A stretch of 64,000 bases of DNA from Octopus vulgaris (lineage: Eukaryota). Made by a program: the position numbers and the translations under genes. Below are positions 12,753-25,620 of this stretch, piece by piece (position 1 is the first letter of the stretch; every line of letters starts with the position of its first letter). The notes beneath the pieces were generated by a model. It ran no database searches. It saw only the letters and a program-made list of their open reading frames with translations, and was not told where the DNA came from. The stretch spans positions 12,524,001 through 12,588,000 of the forward strand of contig OX597825.1 in NCBI GenBank assembly GCA_951406725.2. The letters run 5' to 3'.

Positions 12753-13057
12753 CACGTTATCACGTGACCGACCAGTCCATCGGATGTAGTTACACATCGC
12801 TGGTCACAATGCGTTCGCATGGTTTTAGCCTTCGAATGACGCCACCCCGCTGGCTAAGCGAGCAGGCCAACAGAAGAAAGAGTGGGAGAAAGAGTGGCGA
12901 AAGAGTACAGCAGGGATCACCACCCCCTGCCGGAGCCTCGTGGAGCTTTTAGAAGTTTTCGCTCAATAAACACTCACAACGCCCGGTCTGGAAATCGAAA
13001 CCACGATCCTACGACCGCGAGCCCGCTTCCCTAACCACTGGGCCATTGTGCCTCCAC
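12753..13057 (-). mobile_element. SINE family C, tail type 1
   Basis: tRNA head at the right end, tail ending TCACGTGA; TSD ACATATACTTATAT (12739-12752, 13056-13069). Confidence 0.9.
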
Positions 13058-13845
13058 ATATACTTATATATACTTGCATATTGTGTGTGCGTGTGTGTTT
13101 GTGTGTGTGTTACATATTACTCTGTTGGCGTCACGTATTATTTAATTGTTCAATTTATACCAATATTTAACAATTTATCACACATATCAATTAATTGTTT
13201 TTCTTAGAAAGGAAACTCAAGTATCGCTCATATCAGACCATCACGGTTTACATTTTTCGCATTATTAATAAAGAATAAATTATATTCAGTTATTAAACCT
13301 GATACTCGTAATATTGAAATTATAGTTTAAAAGACGGCACTTCTCCAAATTAAAATTTCAGAAGGTTATTTTCTTTAATGATTTTGGTCTGTATTATTTT
13401 AGATTTTAAAAGATATATGTAAGAAGTCACTGACAAAATGATAGTCTCATCTCTTCTAACCATTTGCATTTAAAGATCCAATCTGTGTTAACTATAAATT
13501 AAGTAAAAGTTTCGATCGACTGGTGTAATTCCATTGGTCTCCTTTCTTACTTTTTTCTAAAACTGAAGCGACTTTGAGTGATTATTTCCATTACTAATTG
13601 CTTCTATATCTTAATTGATCAAAGTTTTCAGCTCATAATATATTATGTGTGAGCCTCCAGAGTAATGGACGATTTTGTACGATAGGTTCTTCTATATTTG
13701 GCATTTGATAATGAAATAAAATCAGAGGTATTATTCACACATGCAACATAGCAATCAGAAATAATATAAGAGTCTATAGCAAATGATTACAAGGTAGTTG
13801 ACATTACCATACCAACTATATTGACGCAAATGTTCAAAATATTTC

Positions 13846-13846
<1 letters not shown>

Positions 13847-13905
<59 letters not shown>

Positions 13906-13932
13906 ATATCTATCTATCTATCTATCTATCTA
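13847..13932. repeat. (TATC)n microsatellite
   Basis: Tetranucleotide tract. Confidence 0.95.
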
Positions 13933-14474
13933 CCTAGCTAGCCAGCTGTGCAGCCCTGTGTGGCTAATGAAGAAACATATCTAGCTAGCTAGCTGTTTGT
14001 TACAAATGAGACAGAAAATTGAAGATACGAGAAACTTTATTGGCCACAACGATTGTTTCGACCAATCCCTCCTCGATCTGTCGCGAGTGGGATATTGGAC
14101 AACTCGCGGAATTATGTACATTATTTACATTTGACGGACTTGCCAAAAAACCATTTCCCAATAGACTTACTAAAATGACTCATTATTGATGCCATGTGAT
14201 GCCCTTATATGACTTTTATACCCAGCCAAGGTTTTACACATCTTAATTTCTTACATACTGCATAGCTATGCTGGTTGGCAGGCCAAAAAGGTGTAGCGTA
14301 TGCACTCTCTTAGCATGTCTTTTCGGATTTGCAACTGAGAGGCACACCCTTCCGCATTTAACACACGTTCTGTTGTGAATTGTAATAGTCATTTGACTGT
14401 TTATCTATTCCTGTGATATGTATCTATGGATGTATAAATATATCTATACGTATACATACATACATATACATATA

Positions 14475-14551
<77 letters not shown>

Positions 14552-14555
<4 letters not shown>

Positions 14556-14838
14556 AGGCGCAGTGGCCCAGTCGGTGGATGACGGTTTCGTTTCCCAGAC
14601 CGGGCTTTGTGTGTGTTGCTTGAGCGAAAACACCTAAAGCTCCACGAAGCACCGGCAAGGCGTGGTGGTGACCCCTGTTGTACTCTTTCGCCCCATACTT
14701 TCTCTCACTCTGTTTCTTGAGTAACGCTGCGATGGACTGGCGACCCCCTTCCAGCTGGGGGGAGGGGACACATACGCCACAGAAACCGGGAAACCGAGCC
14801 CATGAGACTGGCTCGGCTTGTCAATGGCGCATAAATAA
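14552..14838 (+). mobile_element. SINE family C with type-3-like tail
   Basis: GGAGGCGCAGTGGCCCAGT head; CTGCGATGGACTGGCG...AGAAACCGGGAAACCG tail shared with 46834. Confidence 0.8.
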
Positions 14839-15248
14839 GTAATATACGTAACTTATTTTGTGTTTAGCTGACAATAGTATTTAAGTTGCGTTACAGTCTC
14901 CTGAGCTTTTGTTGGAATAATCGGAATAATTTCAACTTCTATTCAAATTATAAAAAAATATTACGCTATCTATTGCAAATATATTCTTTGCAATATAGTT
15001 GAAGTGCTTTCTTTGGCAGAAAGTCTTGACGTAAGAAAATCCAATAATGCACACTAATTAACTTTGTTAATTAACTTTTCTTTCACCTTATCTATACGAT
15101 GAAAGTTCGTCTATGCAAAAATATACTACCGAGATTTCATTGTTTGCTTTCTTCAACTGACTTATAATATCGTTCCATCTGAAGCACTACAGATTTGCTG
15201 ATAGAAATAATTTCCCCCATAAATTTCAATACATACATACATACATAT

Positions 15249-15279
<31 letters not shown>

Positions 15280-15473
15280 GATATATTGTTTCGAATTTCT
15301 GTGAATGTGTATAGAAAAATATATCAGTTGAATAAAGTTAAAACATGGTCTGGTTTTCAGGTTTTTTTTGTTATGGTATTTTAACATTAAAAATATTTTT
15401 TTCCATGCTTATGAAGTTAAATTAGCGCATTTATACATAGTGTAGTCATCCAATTTGAAATGTGATTAACTGA

Positions 15474-15559
15474 CTTATAGAACCCAAAGGATTTCTCCTC
15501 AAGCAAACGTACCCTCTCCTACTTATAGAAAATAGCATACAACGAGCAAAAGAGATACG

Positions 15560-15560
<1 letters not shown>
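15474..15560 (+). mobile_element. Penelope-like retroelement RT thumb/linker coding fragment
   Basis: Translates [29 protein letters not shown], matching the recalled PLE motif RL.ELK..L..Q.YP..LI...I.RA. Confidence 0.55.
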
Positions 15561-15610
<50 letters not shown>

Positions 15611-15619
15611 ATATATATA

Positions 15620-15705
<86 letters not shown>

Positions 15706-16877
15706 TGTATGTATATATATATATATATGTGTGTGTGTATATAGATATACATATATTGAAGATTCTTAAATTGCTCAGAGATTTAGAAGAGTGCTCTTAG
15801 TTTTTCACAATACAAATGTAATCACTATAACAACAATTAGTCTATTTTAAGAATGCCTCTCTCTCTCTCTCTGATCACGTGACCAGCTCACTGCTTTCTT
15901 TTGAAATTAAACAATTTTTAAAATTTCAGTTACGTGGCATTCTCGCAGAGCATGTTCTTTACAACGGACTGAATTTCTGAACCTCAGCGAGACACGTAAA
16001 AAGTTGTTTATAGAATTGTATATAACAAAATTTATGTAAGCCACTATATAATTTTTTTTAACTTTTAGAAGAATATTGCATTCGTTGAAAAATAGTGAGT
16101 TGGGCTTATCTCAAATAATTAAAGTTAGCCGTCCATTTTGAAATTAGTTTGTCCGTGTAATGCCGTTAGAAGGATAAAGCAAGGCGTGTAATGTTAATTT
16201 AACCAGGCTAAATTGCCCCAGAGTAATCCAGCTTACTAATATTTGATCATACAATTTTCATAGGAATAAAATAAAATATTGATTTCAAAATTTGTATCAT
16301 TATTCAATCTAATCGCTTCGATCAGCGCTTTACTACTTGAATAAAATACACAAATGAAGACATTCGCACTTCATAATTCTACATCACACGACAGAAAAAA
16401 AAACACATCCCGGTTTTACACAACCTTCGCTGAGGAGCGAAAGAAGTTAGACAGTTAGAAATAGTATTTCCATATATTTACTATTTTATTGTTTTCATTT
16501 TCAGTAAATTTTGGCTTAATAGTTGAGTATTTGAACGGGCAATATCTAGCCGAAATATTCCACCTGTTTTGTGTTGAAAATGACCGGATCTGAACAGTCG
16601 AACCTACCCTACAGTGCAATTTATAAAATAAACAATCTCATAACTAACTCCACGAAGCTGTGAGAATAAATTGTCCTTACATTTGATAGAGTTATCTGAA
16701 TGATACAGGGTCAAACATTTTACTCAACATGGGTTTTTTTTTAAACGTTTTTGAAAGATCGTGGATCTGAAGTATTTTTACTCCATCCTCTAATGCTTCA
16801 TTCTACCCCACGCATTTTGTTCTGGGTAAATAGTCGAAGTCAAATACAACTGTTGAGTTCTGATTCCTGTCTCTTTA

Positions 16878-17527
16878 AATCGAACTTAATTAAATTAAAT
16901 TAAATCCGTTTACGATTGGCTTGTTTCATCAGCAAAGTCACCAAAAGAAAAGGAGAACATATACGCACGAGGCGACACCACTGAAGCCCCGAGTGTATAT
17001 ATCCTAATTTTTCGAAATCCAACATAACCGCGCCAACTACTCAGCAGCAAATATAAACTGCTGATACAATTTCAGAATTATTCAAAAATTATTAATTTAT
17101 CAATATAGGGTAGCAAAAAAATCCAAGAAAATTCAAGAAAAATTTTCTGCAACCAGTGGTCAAGTGAGAAAATAGAAATAGTCACAGACAATATAATATA
17201 TTCAAAAGTATTAAGGAATGACCCTTACAGGTCGTTCAACTCACTTGAAAAGAGCAGCCAAAACTCAAACCGCAAAAATAGTAGTAATTCTGAAAGCTAA
17301 AGGAGTTATTATTTCTCCTTTAGCTTTCAGAATTACTACTATTTTTGCGGTTTGAGTTTTGGCTGCTCTTTTCAAGTGAGTTGAACGACCTGTAAGGGTC
17401 ATTCCTTAATACTTTTGAATATATTATATTGTCTGTGACTATTTCTATTTTCTCACTTGACCGCTGGTTGCAGAAAATGTTTCTTGAATTTTTCTTGGAT
17501 TTTTTTTGCTACCCTATATTGATAAAT
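16878..17527 (-). mobile_element. Penelope pLTR/retrozyme-like element (family H1) with a ~211-bp inverted arm
   Basis: Near-perfect palindrome 17095-17305/17315-17527; the minus strand continues to ACTTTG-CTGATGA (16938-16926) and a long stem II. Confidence 0.75.
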
Positions 17528-17655
17528 ATATATATATATATATATTAATTGAATTTAAATTATTCTAATTCGAATTAGGTTATAGGCATGAAACGATCGT
17601 TGTGGTTTAACTTTTTTATCTTATATTAAACTTTTTAATACTTTTTGATAGTTAA

Positions 17656-17741
<86 letters not shown>

Positions 17742-17914
17742 TTATAAATATAAATATAAATTAATAATTTTAAATTTTTAACTTTAAATTTAAATAATTA
17801 AAATTTTAAATTTTGTGTTCTATATATTTTGTATATTATATTAATTATTTTTATTTCTATGTTTTGGTTTATGTTTTTCACTGTTTGATTTGCCTAATAG
17901 TGGTTTTATCTCTA

Positions 17915-17985
<71 letters not shown>

Positions 17986-18714
17986 TGTGTGTGTATGCGT
18001 GCATGTGCCTGTGGATCGAGGATCAAGGGAACTACGACACGATTGTAAATGAGATTGTTGGAGATGCAAGGTTGGATCGTGTGATTGAATTCAATGGAAT
18101 TCCAAGAAGGTGTGAATAAATATTTAAAAAGATGCTGATTTAATTTTTGGTTTGAAGGCATATGGTGGAAGCTGTTTACAAATGAGATTATCAAAAAATA
18201 TTTCAAAACGATCAGATTGTCGATAAGTTTAATCTAAAAGAAATCAAAAGCTACAATAATGTTTAACAAACTTTAAAGCAGTGAGCAAAATACAAGGAAA
18301 TAACGAAAATTAATTTTAACAGCTTATTTATGAAAACACTTAACTAAAATAATAACAAAAAAACTGGAATTACATTCTAACAATGTTAAGTATTTATAAA
18401 GAGAATTAAGAAAATTCTACAAAAGGCGGATAAAAAAATAGTTATGAAGTTATAACGTAGGATTAAGTTTCTTAGTTTTTTTTTATCGATCAATATAATC
18501 AGTGGGGAATAAATGAGATTTGAGTAAGAAGTAAATACTTCCAAAATTGCTTTTTCTTAAAACTCTATGCAGTGTGAGAAGCTTGCTCCGAAATTGTGTG
18601 GTCTTGGGTTTAATTTCATCGTGCGTCAGTCTGGGCAAGTATTTTCTACTACAGCCTTGGGTCAAGCAAATTCATGTAAGTAAAATTGGTAGACGGAAAC
18701 TGAAAGAAGCCCCA

Positions 18715-18871
18715 TTTTTCTATCTTTCTCCATTTTTTGCTTTCATATATTTCTGTTGAAGAGCGTAGACTTGAAACGTCATAATTTTTCGATTTTCCCC
18801 TCAGCGTGAAATTAATACATCAGGCTTTTTGTTTCCTTATCTGTCTCTGTATTTTGTTTTCTGCACTCTTG

Positions 18872-18926
<55 letters not shown>

Positions 18927-19045
18927 CTCGAAACGTAAAAAACGTTTTCTATTCCTGAGCGTTATACCAATACATCTGTTTGTTGTGTACACCACCTGTC
19001 TTCCTGTCTTCGTCTTTTGTATTTTTCGTAAATTCTCCCTATACT
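18715..19045 (+). mobile_element. Repeat family H2 (hammerhead-like), two partial tandem copies
   Basis: CTGTTGAAGAGCGTAGACTTGAAACGTC at 18753-18780 and AGGCTCGAAACGTA at ~18924; matches 26110-26330. Confidence 0.65.
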
Positions 19046-19053
19046 TATACATT

Positions 19054-19119
<66 letters not shown>

Positions 19120-19279
19120 ACTGTATCATTCGCTTTGTATTTTTCGCCGACTACCACTTGCCAAATAGTCTAGTTGTGTTTACGTCACTAAATTCTAGCG
19201 GTTCGACATAAGAAAACTATAGATTAAGTACGGAAAATAAATGGGGCCTAAACAAAATTTGAACGCAGTCAGATACAAA

Positions 19280-20070
19280 AGGCAGGTGGTTATGGGTGAT
19301 GTGGTGTGACTTAAAGTTAGAAGCTGAAGTGCTTATTTTGGTGTCACAAGAAAAATTTTGATGGACCAACACTATGATATGCAGAACTGCTAAAACAGCT
19401 AAGAGGGACAAATTCAGATTGTGTAGTGAGAAACCTGAAACAGTGTGGCATATTCTTGGTAAATGCCTGTAATTGGTGCAGCGTGAATACAAAAGGTGAC
19501 CTCACATTGTGGCAAGAATAATCCAGTAGGAGCTTTGTGGATATAATGGCTTAGAAGGATCAAAAGCGCCAGATGACCAAATCCCAGATGGAGTTCCGGA
19601 AAATGGAAATTGCAAAATCCTGTGGGATGCAATGATTGAGTGTGGCCATCAGATTAAACATCGAAAATGCCACATTTTTGTAATGAACAGAAAATAAAAC
19701 ATGTTCGATAATTCACGTAGCCTGTCCTGGTGACTACAAGATTGAAGAGAAGGAAGAAGAAAACTGAACAACTATGATGAATTGAAGTGGGGGAAATATG
19801 CTGGTTGTGAACAATAAAAACAGTTAACCTGATATCAATAGTGGTGGTTGCACGTGGATATATCAGAACACAACTACCAACATGACTCAAAAAGATTGGA
19901 ACAAATGAAGATAGAATGCCTACAAAAAATAAAAAAAGTCTTCCTTCGAAGTCCAAGATTATCGTACAAGACACTTAAAGTATAATCATTAAACAAGTGT
20001 CACCTAAGTTCTTTGGCTGCGGGCAGCTGACACTTCCCATCATATCCGTCGTCAAAATAAAGCAGAGATT
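19280..20070 (+). mobile_element. Decayed R4/Dong-like non-LTR retrotransposon C-terminus (CCHC + restriction-like endonuclease)
   Basis: Reads DLKLEAEVLILVSQE...FRLCSEKPETVWHILGKC...REYKR*...ENGNCKILWD...IIHVACPGDYKIEEKEEE with stops and frameshifts; (TAA)n lies shortly downstream. Confidence 0.8.
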
Positions 20071-20166
20071 TTCATGATAGTCTTGTTAATAGTTATTATA
20101 GTAACCATTTCTAATATCGGCACAAGATCTGACAATTTATGGTGGGGGCTAAGCTATTTGAGTACA

Positions 20167-20180
20167 TAATAATAATAATG

Positions 20181-20255
<75 letters not shown>
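20167..20255. repeat. (TAA)n microsatellite
   Basis: Trinucleotide tract. Confidence 0.95.
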
Positions 20256-20258
<3 letters not shown>

Positions 20259-20812
20259 GCCCTGATGCAGTACCAGGCAGTGGCTCTCATGGCTTCTGAT
20301 CTTAACTGATTGGAAGTGTTATCATGTACATTGTTTTGTCTTGGTATAAAAGATAGGCTACAGCAAATATTCTGCTCAATACCACAGATTTGCTTGTCAG
20401 TTGCTTGACCTTAACCAGTTGAGCATGTCCCTTAGTGACTGACAATATGTGCATCTCTGATCACGAGCAGAAGTAGTGGGGGAGCATCATAGCCATGTGT
20501 TGAGAGGGATTCTTTGGGGTTTGAATAATTCACCTCTGGAAATATGGGTGGTTTTTTCAACATCCTTAAACAACCCTTATTCAGGGACCGTTTGAGCGGG
20601 ATGGGCTACTCAACCTGAAGAAAATTCTAACTGGGCCCCACCTGCAAGGTCATGTGCTGTTTATCTTGATATGAGATCACCATGTCGCGCACATATGGTT
20701 GTGATGCATGTGCCTGGTGTACCTTTATCAGACGGGTAGTCATGATGGGTATATTGGGCTTCGTATATTTTACCCCAGTGTCACTTTGATGGCATGAACT
20801 GCTCTCTCACTA
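20256..20812 (+). mobile_element. ~555-bp non-coding insert between two (TAA)n arrays
   Basis: Sharply bounded, relatively GC-rich, no long ORF, TAA tracts on both sides; the strand is a guess. Confidence 0.55.
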
Positions 20813-20889
<77 letters not shown>

Positions 20890-20909
20890 TAATAATAATA
20901 ATAATAATA
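20813..20909. repeat. (TAA)n microsatellite
   Basis: Trinucleotide tract. Confidence 0.95.
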
Positions 20910-20968
20910 ACTGCAACAACATCGAAAAATACCTTAGGTATATGAACCTGGGTTCGAAATTTCTCCAA

Positions 20969-21014
20969 GACACTTGATGATTGCTGGGGGATGTATCAAC
21001 CGAAACGTTGTGTT
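20969..21014 (+). ncRNA. Minimal hammerhead motif, family H3, partly decayed
   Basis: GACAC-TTGATGA-...-GAAA-CG-TT-GTGTT; stem I intact, C3 and stem II mutated relative to the 56193 copy. Confidence 0.55.
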
Positions 21015-21364
21015 AACAAATATCCATCAAATGTAAATAATATAAATCATGGAACTATTGTTCACACGTTCTGTGTATGATGCATGTAGAGCGAAGAAAA
21101 GTTTAAAGCATTTTGGAAGGACATTTTAATAACGAATACGAAGAGAAGAATATATCGAATGATCAGGTGATAGTAAAGTGATCGATGGACAAGTTTACTT
21201 CTACCATCTCGTCATTAAGTCGACACCTCTGAACGTCATGGGTTGCAGTTTCAGTTTATGTATGTTGACAAACGAATAAAATTTCACTCGTAAGGATTTG
21301 AATTCGAAGCGCACAGAGCAAAAGCAAGGTTACTTTGCCCTTATGTTTCCAGTCCTCTGCTAAT

Positions 21365-21783
21365 ACCTATTTCTATACTACCCACAAGGGGATAAACACG
21401 GAGAGGACAAACAAGGACAGACAAACGGATTAAGTCGATTATATCAACCCCAGTGCGTAACTCGTACTTATTTAATCGATCCCGAAAGGATGAAAGGCAA
21501 AGTCGACCTCGGCGGAATTTAAACTCAGAACGTAGCAGCAGATGAAATACCTATTTCTTTACTACCCACAAGGAGCTACATATTGAAGGGACAAACTAGG
21601 ACAGACAACGGATTAAGTCGATTATATAGACCCCAGTGCGTAACTGGTACTTATTTAATCGACCCCGAAAAGATGAAAGGCAAAGTCGACCTCGGCGGAA
21701 TTTGAACTCAGAACGTAGCGGCAGACGAAATACCGCAAAGCATTTCGCCCTGCGTGCTAACGTTTCTGCCAGCTCGCCGCCTT
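21365..21783 (-). mobile_element. SINE family A, tandem dimer
   Basis: Two body units plus head, same junction as the 9043 copy. Confidence 0.9.
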
Positions 21784-22722
21784 AATAACCTGTGCCTTAA
21801 TGCTTCTCTGCTAAAACCCTGTGCAGGAAAGACATTTGCGCATCCCTTACATGAGACTGAAATAACGTTACTGAGAAGTATTCAATGACGGAAATATTCA
21901 AGTTTTTCATTTTTACGTGAACGTGTTCTTTAGCTCTCATCAAAGCAATCGATAGTTGAATACCCTTTTATCGTTTTGGAATGAAAACTCAGAAGAAGAT
22001 CTTATACATTAGATTGCAGTTGTGTTGGTTGAGCCGGAAAAATTTCGCTGGCTTCTTAGATGTTACGATTGGATAGATTTTCAAAATCTCTGCAAGATCC
22101 ATAAATGTCTCCAAAATCTCAGCTCCTTACACGTACTTTACAAAGACATAGATTATCTACTCATCATTACGCAATGAATGGCAATGGATAGCAAATTCCT
22201 TCACTCATAGAAGCCACATTGAATATATGAACGTTACTAAATGCTGACATTCTCGATGTATCAGGTTACACAATGAACGATTATATACATTTTGACGTTC
22301 TGAAATGTTGCAGAAACGTTGCAGAAGTGCTCCTCAGTATAGCAACAGTATTATGAAAATCTCTTAGAAATGCTTCGTATGATGTGAATCCTTTTCAAAA
22401 TATTTATAGCTATTGTAAATATATTGATAATTAAGCTTATGTACGTATACCATCTCGGGATTGACTTCAAGCACGTTATAGGGGAGAATTGAGTAGAAGC
22501 TGAGAGAACACCGACCACAAGTATTTTAAAGATGGTAAATATGGATAGAAATTATGGTTATTTGTTAGTAATAACTTTCAAGTACTGATCCCTGGGATTA
22601 ACAAATCTAAAAGAAGGAAGAAAGGATAGGCTTTCATTCAAATATGTTGTATGACCACAAGCTCTTCATAGATAACATCAAACCATTTAGGAATAAGAAG
22701 AAAGCGATACAATATTCTCCAG

Positions 22723-22954
22723 ACTCTTTTACTCTTTTACTCTTTTACTTGTTTCAGTCATGTTACTGTGGCCATGCTGGAGCACCACCTTAAGTCGAGC
22801 GAATCGATCCTAGGACTTATTCTTTGTAAGCCTAGTACTTATTCCATCGGTCCCTTTTACCGAGCCGCTAAGCTACGGGGACGTAGACACACCAGCATCG
22901 GTTCTCAAGCGATGTTGGGAGGACAAACACAGATACACAAGCATCTACACACAC

Positions 22955-23004
<50 letters not shown>

Positions 23005-23163
23005 GACGGGCTTCTTTCAGTTTCCGTCTACCAAATCCACTCACAAGACGTTGGTCGGCCCGAGGCTATAGTAGAAGACACTATTCCCAAGGTGCCACGC
23101 AGTGGGACTGAACCCGGAACCATGTGGTTCGTAAGCAAGCTACTTACCACACAGCCACTCCTA
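22723..23163 (-). mobile_element. SINE family B, full length with internal (TA)n
   Basis: tRNA head GGAGTGGCTGTGTGG...GGTTCAGTCCC, ACCTTGGG core, (GTAAAAGA)n tail. Confidence 0.9.
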
Positions 23164-23496
23164 CTCAATAACATTCAGTGATAATATCAACATTAATTTT
23201 GCTTAGGAAAAGCTTGAAGTGTAGAATTTCTCAAGAGAAAGAGAGAGAGAGAGAGGGAGAGATTTGCGGTATTATATATGAGTTAGTGACAGTATCCAGG
23301 TCACATTTCAGTCTATTAGCATAATTCCCATCCAGTGTTTTAATATGTATGGAATAAATCTATCGGTTTAGAACCAAACATAACCCTTATGCGTACATGT
23401 TAAATCATTGGGAGTAAGCCAAAAGTTTGGAAATGATTCGCATCTGTTCTCAGTTACGGCATAAGAAAATATATGGGATAACAAGATCTAGCATAT

Positions 23497-23911
23497 ACTC
23501 TCTCTCTTTTACTCTTTTACTTGTTTCAGTCATTTGACTGCGGCCATGCTGGAGCACCGCCTTTTAGTCGAGCAAATCGACCCCGGGACTTATTATTTGT
23601 AAGCCCAGTACTTATTCTATCGGTCTCTTTTGCCGAACCGCTAAGTGACGGGGACGTAAACACACCAGCATCGGTTATCAAGCAATGCTAGGGGGACAAA
23701 CACACACACACACACACACACACATACATATATATATATACATATATACGACAGGCTTCTTTCAGTTTCCGTCTACCAAATCCACTCACAAGGCATTGGT
23801 CGGCCCGGGGCTAAAGCAGAAGACACTTGCCCAAGGTGCCATGCAGTGGGACTGAACCCGGAACCATGTGGTTGGTTAGCAAGCTACTTACCACACAGCC
23901 ACTCCTGCGCC
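23497..23911 (-). mobile_element. SINE family B, full length
   Basis: Reverse complement of 61011-61445. Confidence 0.9.
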
Positions 23912-24516
23912 TATCTGGATAAATTTTACACGTAAATGGATCGTGAATTTAATGCTTCGAACTGCCAGTCCTAACAGCTTCTAAAACTCGGTGTTCAGCT
24001 ATAAGACGAATCGAACTTGTCTACTCGATATAAATTATAAACCAAGAATATATATAAAATTCCAGCCGCACGGTTTAAATAAGAAGCCATCGTATATTGA
24101 TATAAATACCAAACTAACAAATCAAGTTCCCTAAAGAATCGTCCAAATATTAATGGCATTTGAAAAGGCTATATATTGACAATCAGCTGATCGATCGTCG
24201 TACAGAATACTCTCTAAATATAACAAAGCAATGACAAATATTTATTAGAGACGAATGTCATACATCCACATAACAAAAACGACACTTAGAAACGAAAACC
24301 GCCAATAAATCGTTCAGCTCTGAGAATATTTATTGGACGATATGCAGGCGGATGGTCGTCTCTCCGGAATAAAAATCTTCAACTATTCCTGAACTAGTAT
24401 ACAGCACACAAACACACACACGTACACACACACACAGGCACACGCACAAACACACACGCACACACACACACACACATACACATACACACTAACCCATATA
24501 CATACATAAGAATATT

Positions 24517-24556
<40 letters not shown>

Positions 24557-24563
24557 TAGATAG

Positions 24564-24594
<31 letters not shown>

Positions 24595-24989
24595 GATAGA
24601 AAGATAGATAGATAGGTAGATATTTATTTAGATATACATTGCACATACACACACACACACACAAAGAGGCCAATATAAATACTAAACTTTAAAAAAATAA
24701 ATATTGGAGTCAACTCGTTCGGTTAAGCTCCGTTGCCCCAGTATGGCCGCAGTGCAATTACTGAAACAAGTGAAAAAATGTCTGAGTGTGTTCTTGTGTG
24801 GTGTCTTGTGTGTGTGTGTGTGTGGGGGGGTGCATGTGTGTGCGGGTGTGCGTGTATTTGTGCTTATGTGCATGTATGCGTGAGGGAGTGACAGAATGTG
24901 TCGTGCGCTTTGTTTTCAATAAATACATCAAGATAAATATCTCGTATAATCAGCTTAGGTTTTAAGCGGTCCCTTACGCGCACTTATGC

Positions 24990-25005
24990 ATTATATATGT
25001 GTGTG

Positions 25006-25037
<32 letters not shown>

Positions 25038-25083
25038 CGTGTGTGTAAGTATTTGTGTGCGTTTGTGTGAGCGTGCACATATC

Positions 25084-25144
<61 letters not shown>

Positions 25145-25171
25145 ATATAAATATATATACATCTATATAAG

Positions 25172-25214
<43 letters not shown>

Positions 25215-25620
25215 ACATATGGATATATATGCATATGTACGTATATATACATATACACACATATATATATATATATACATATATACATATATATAGTTCT
25301 ATATATATATATATGTATATATATGGATGGAAATGTATATATATGTGTATGTATATATATATGTATATATGTATGCATAAATATATAAATATAAATGAAT
25401 ATAAGTATGTATATGTGTATATATATATAAATATATATTTATATAAGTATGTATATGAATATATATATATATACATGTTTGTATATGTATATATTTATAT
25501 GTATATTTGTATATGCTTATACATATATATGTGTCTGTATATGTATATGTATATGTATCTATATATACGTGTATGTGTGTGTGTGCATATGTGTGTGTTT
25601 ATGTATACATACCTGTATAT
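24990..25620. repeat. Compound (TG)n/(TA)n low-complexity tract
   Basis: Continuous alternating purine-pyrimidine repeats. Confidence 0.9.

Noticed and set aside
16517-16714. Possible piggyBac-type MITE
   Set aside because: Only a decayed right end (AGGGTCAA) is visible; TIR pairing cannot be shown.
18000-18240. Possible Tc1/pogo transposase scrap
   Set aside because: Weak resemblances on both strands conflict; no clear catalytic motif.
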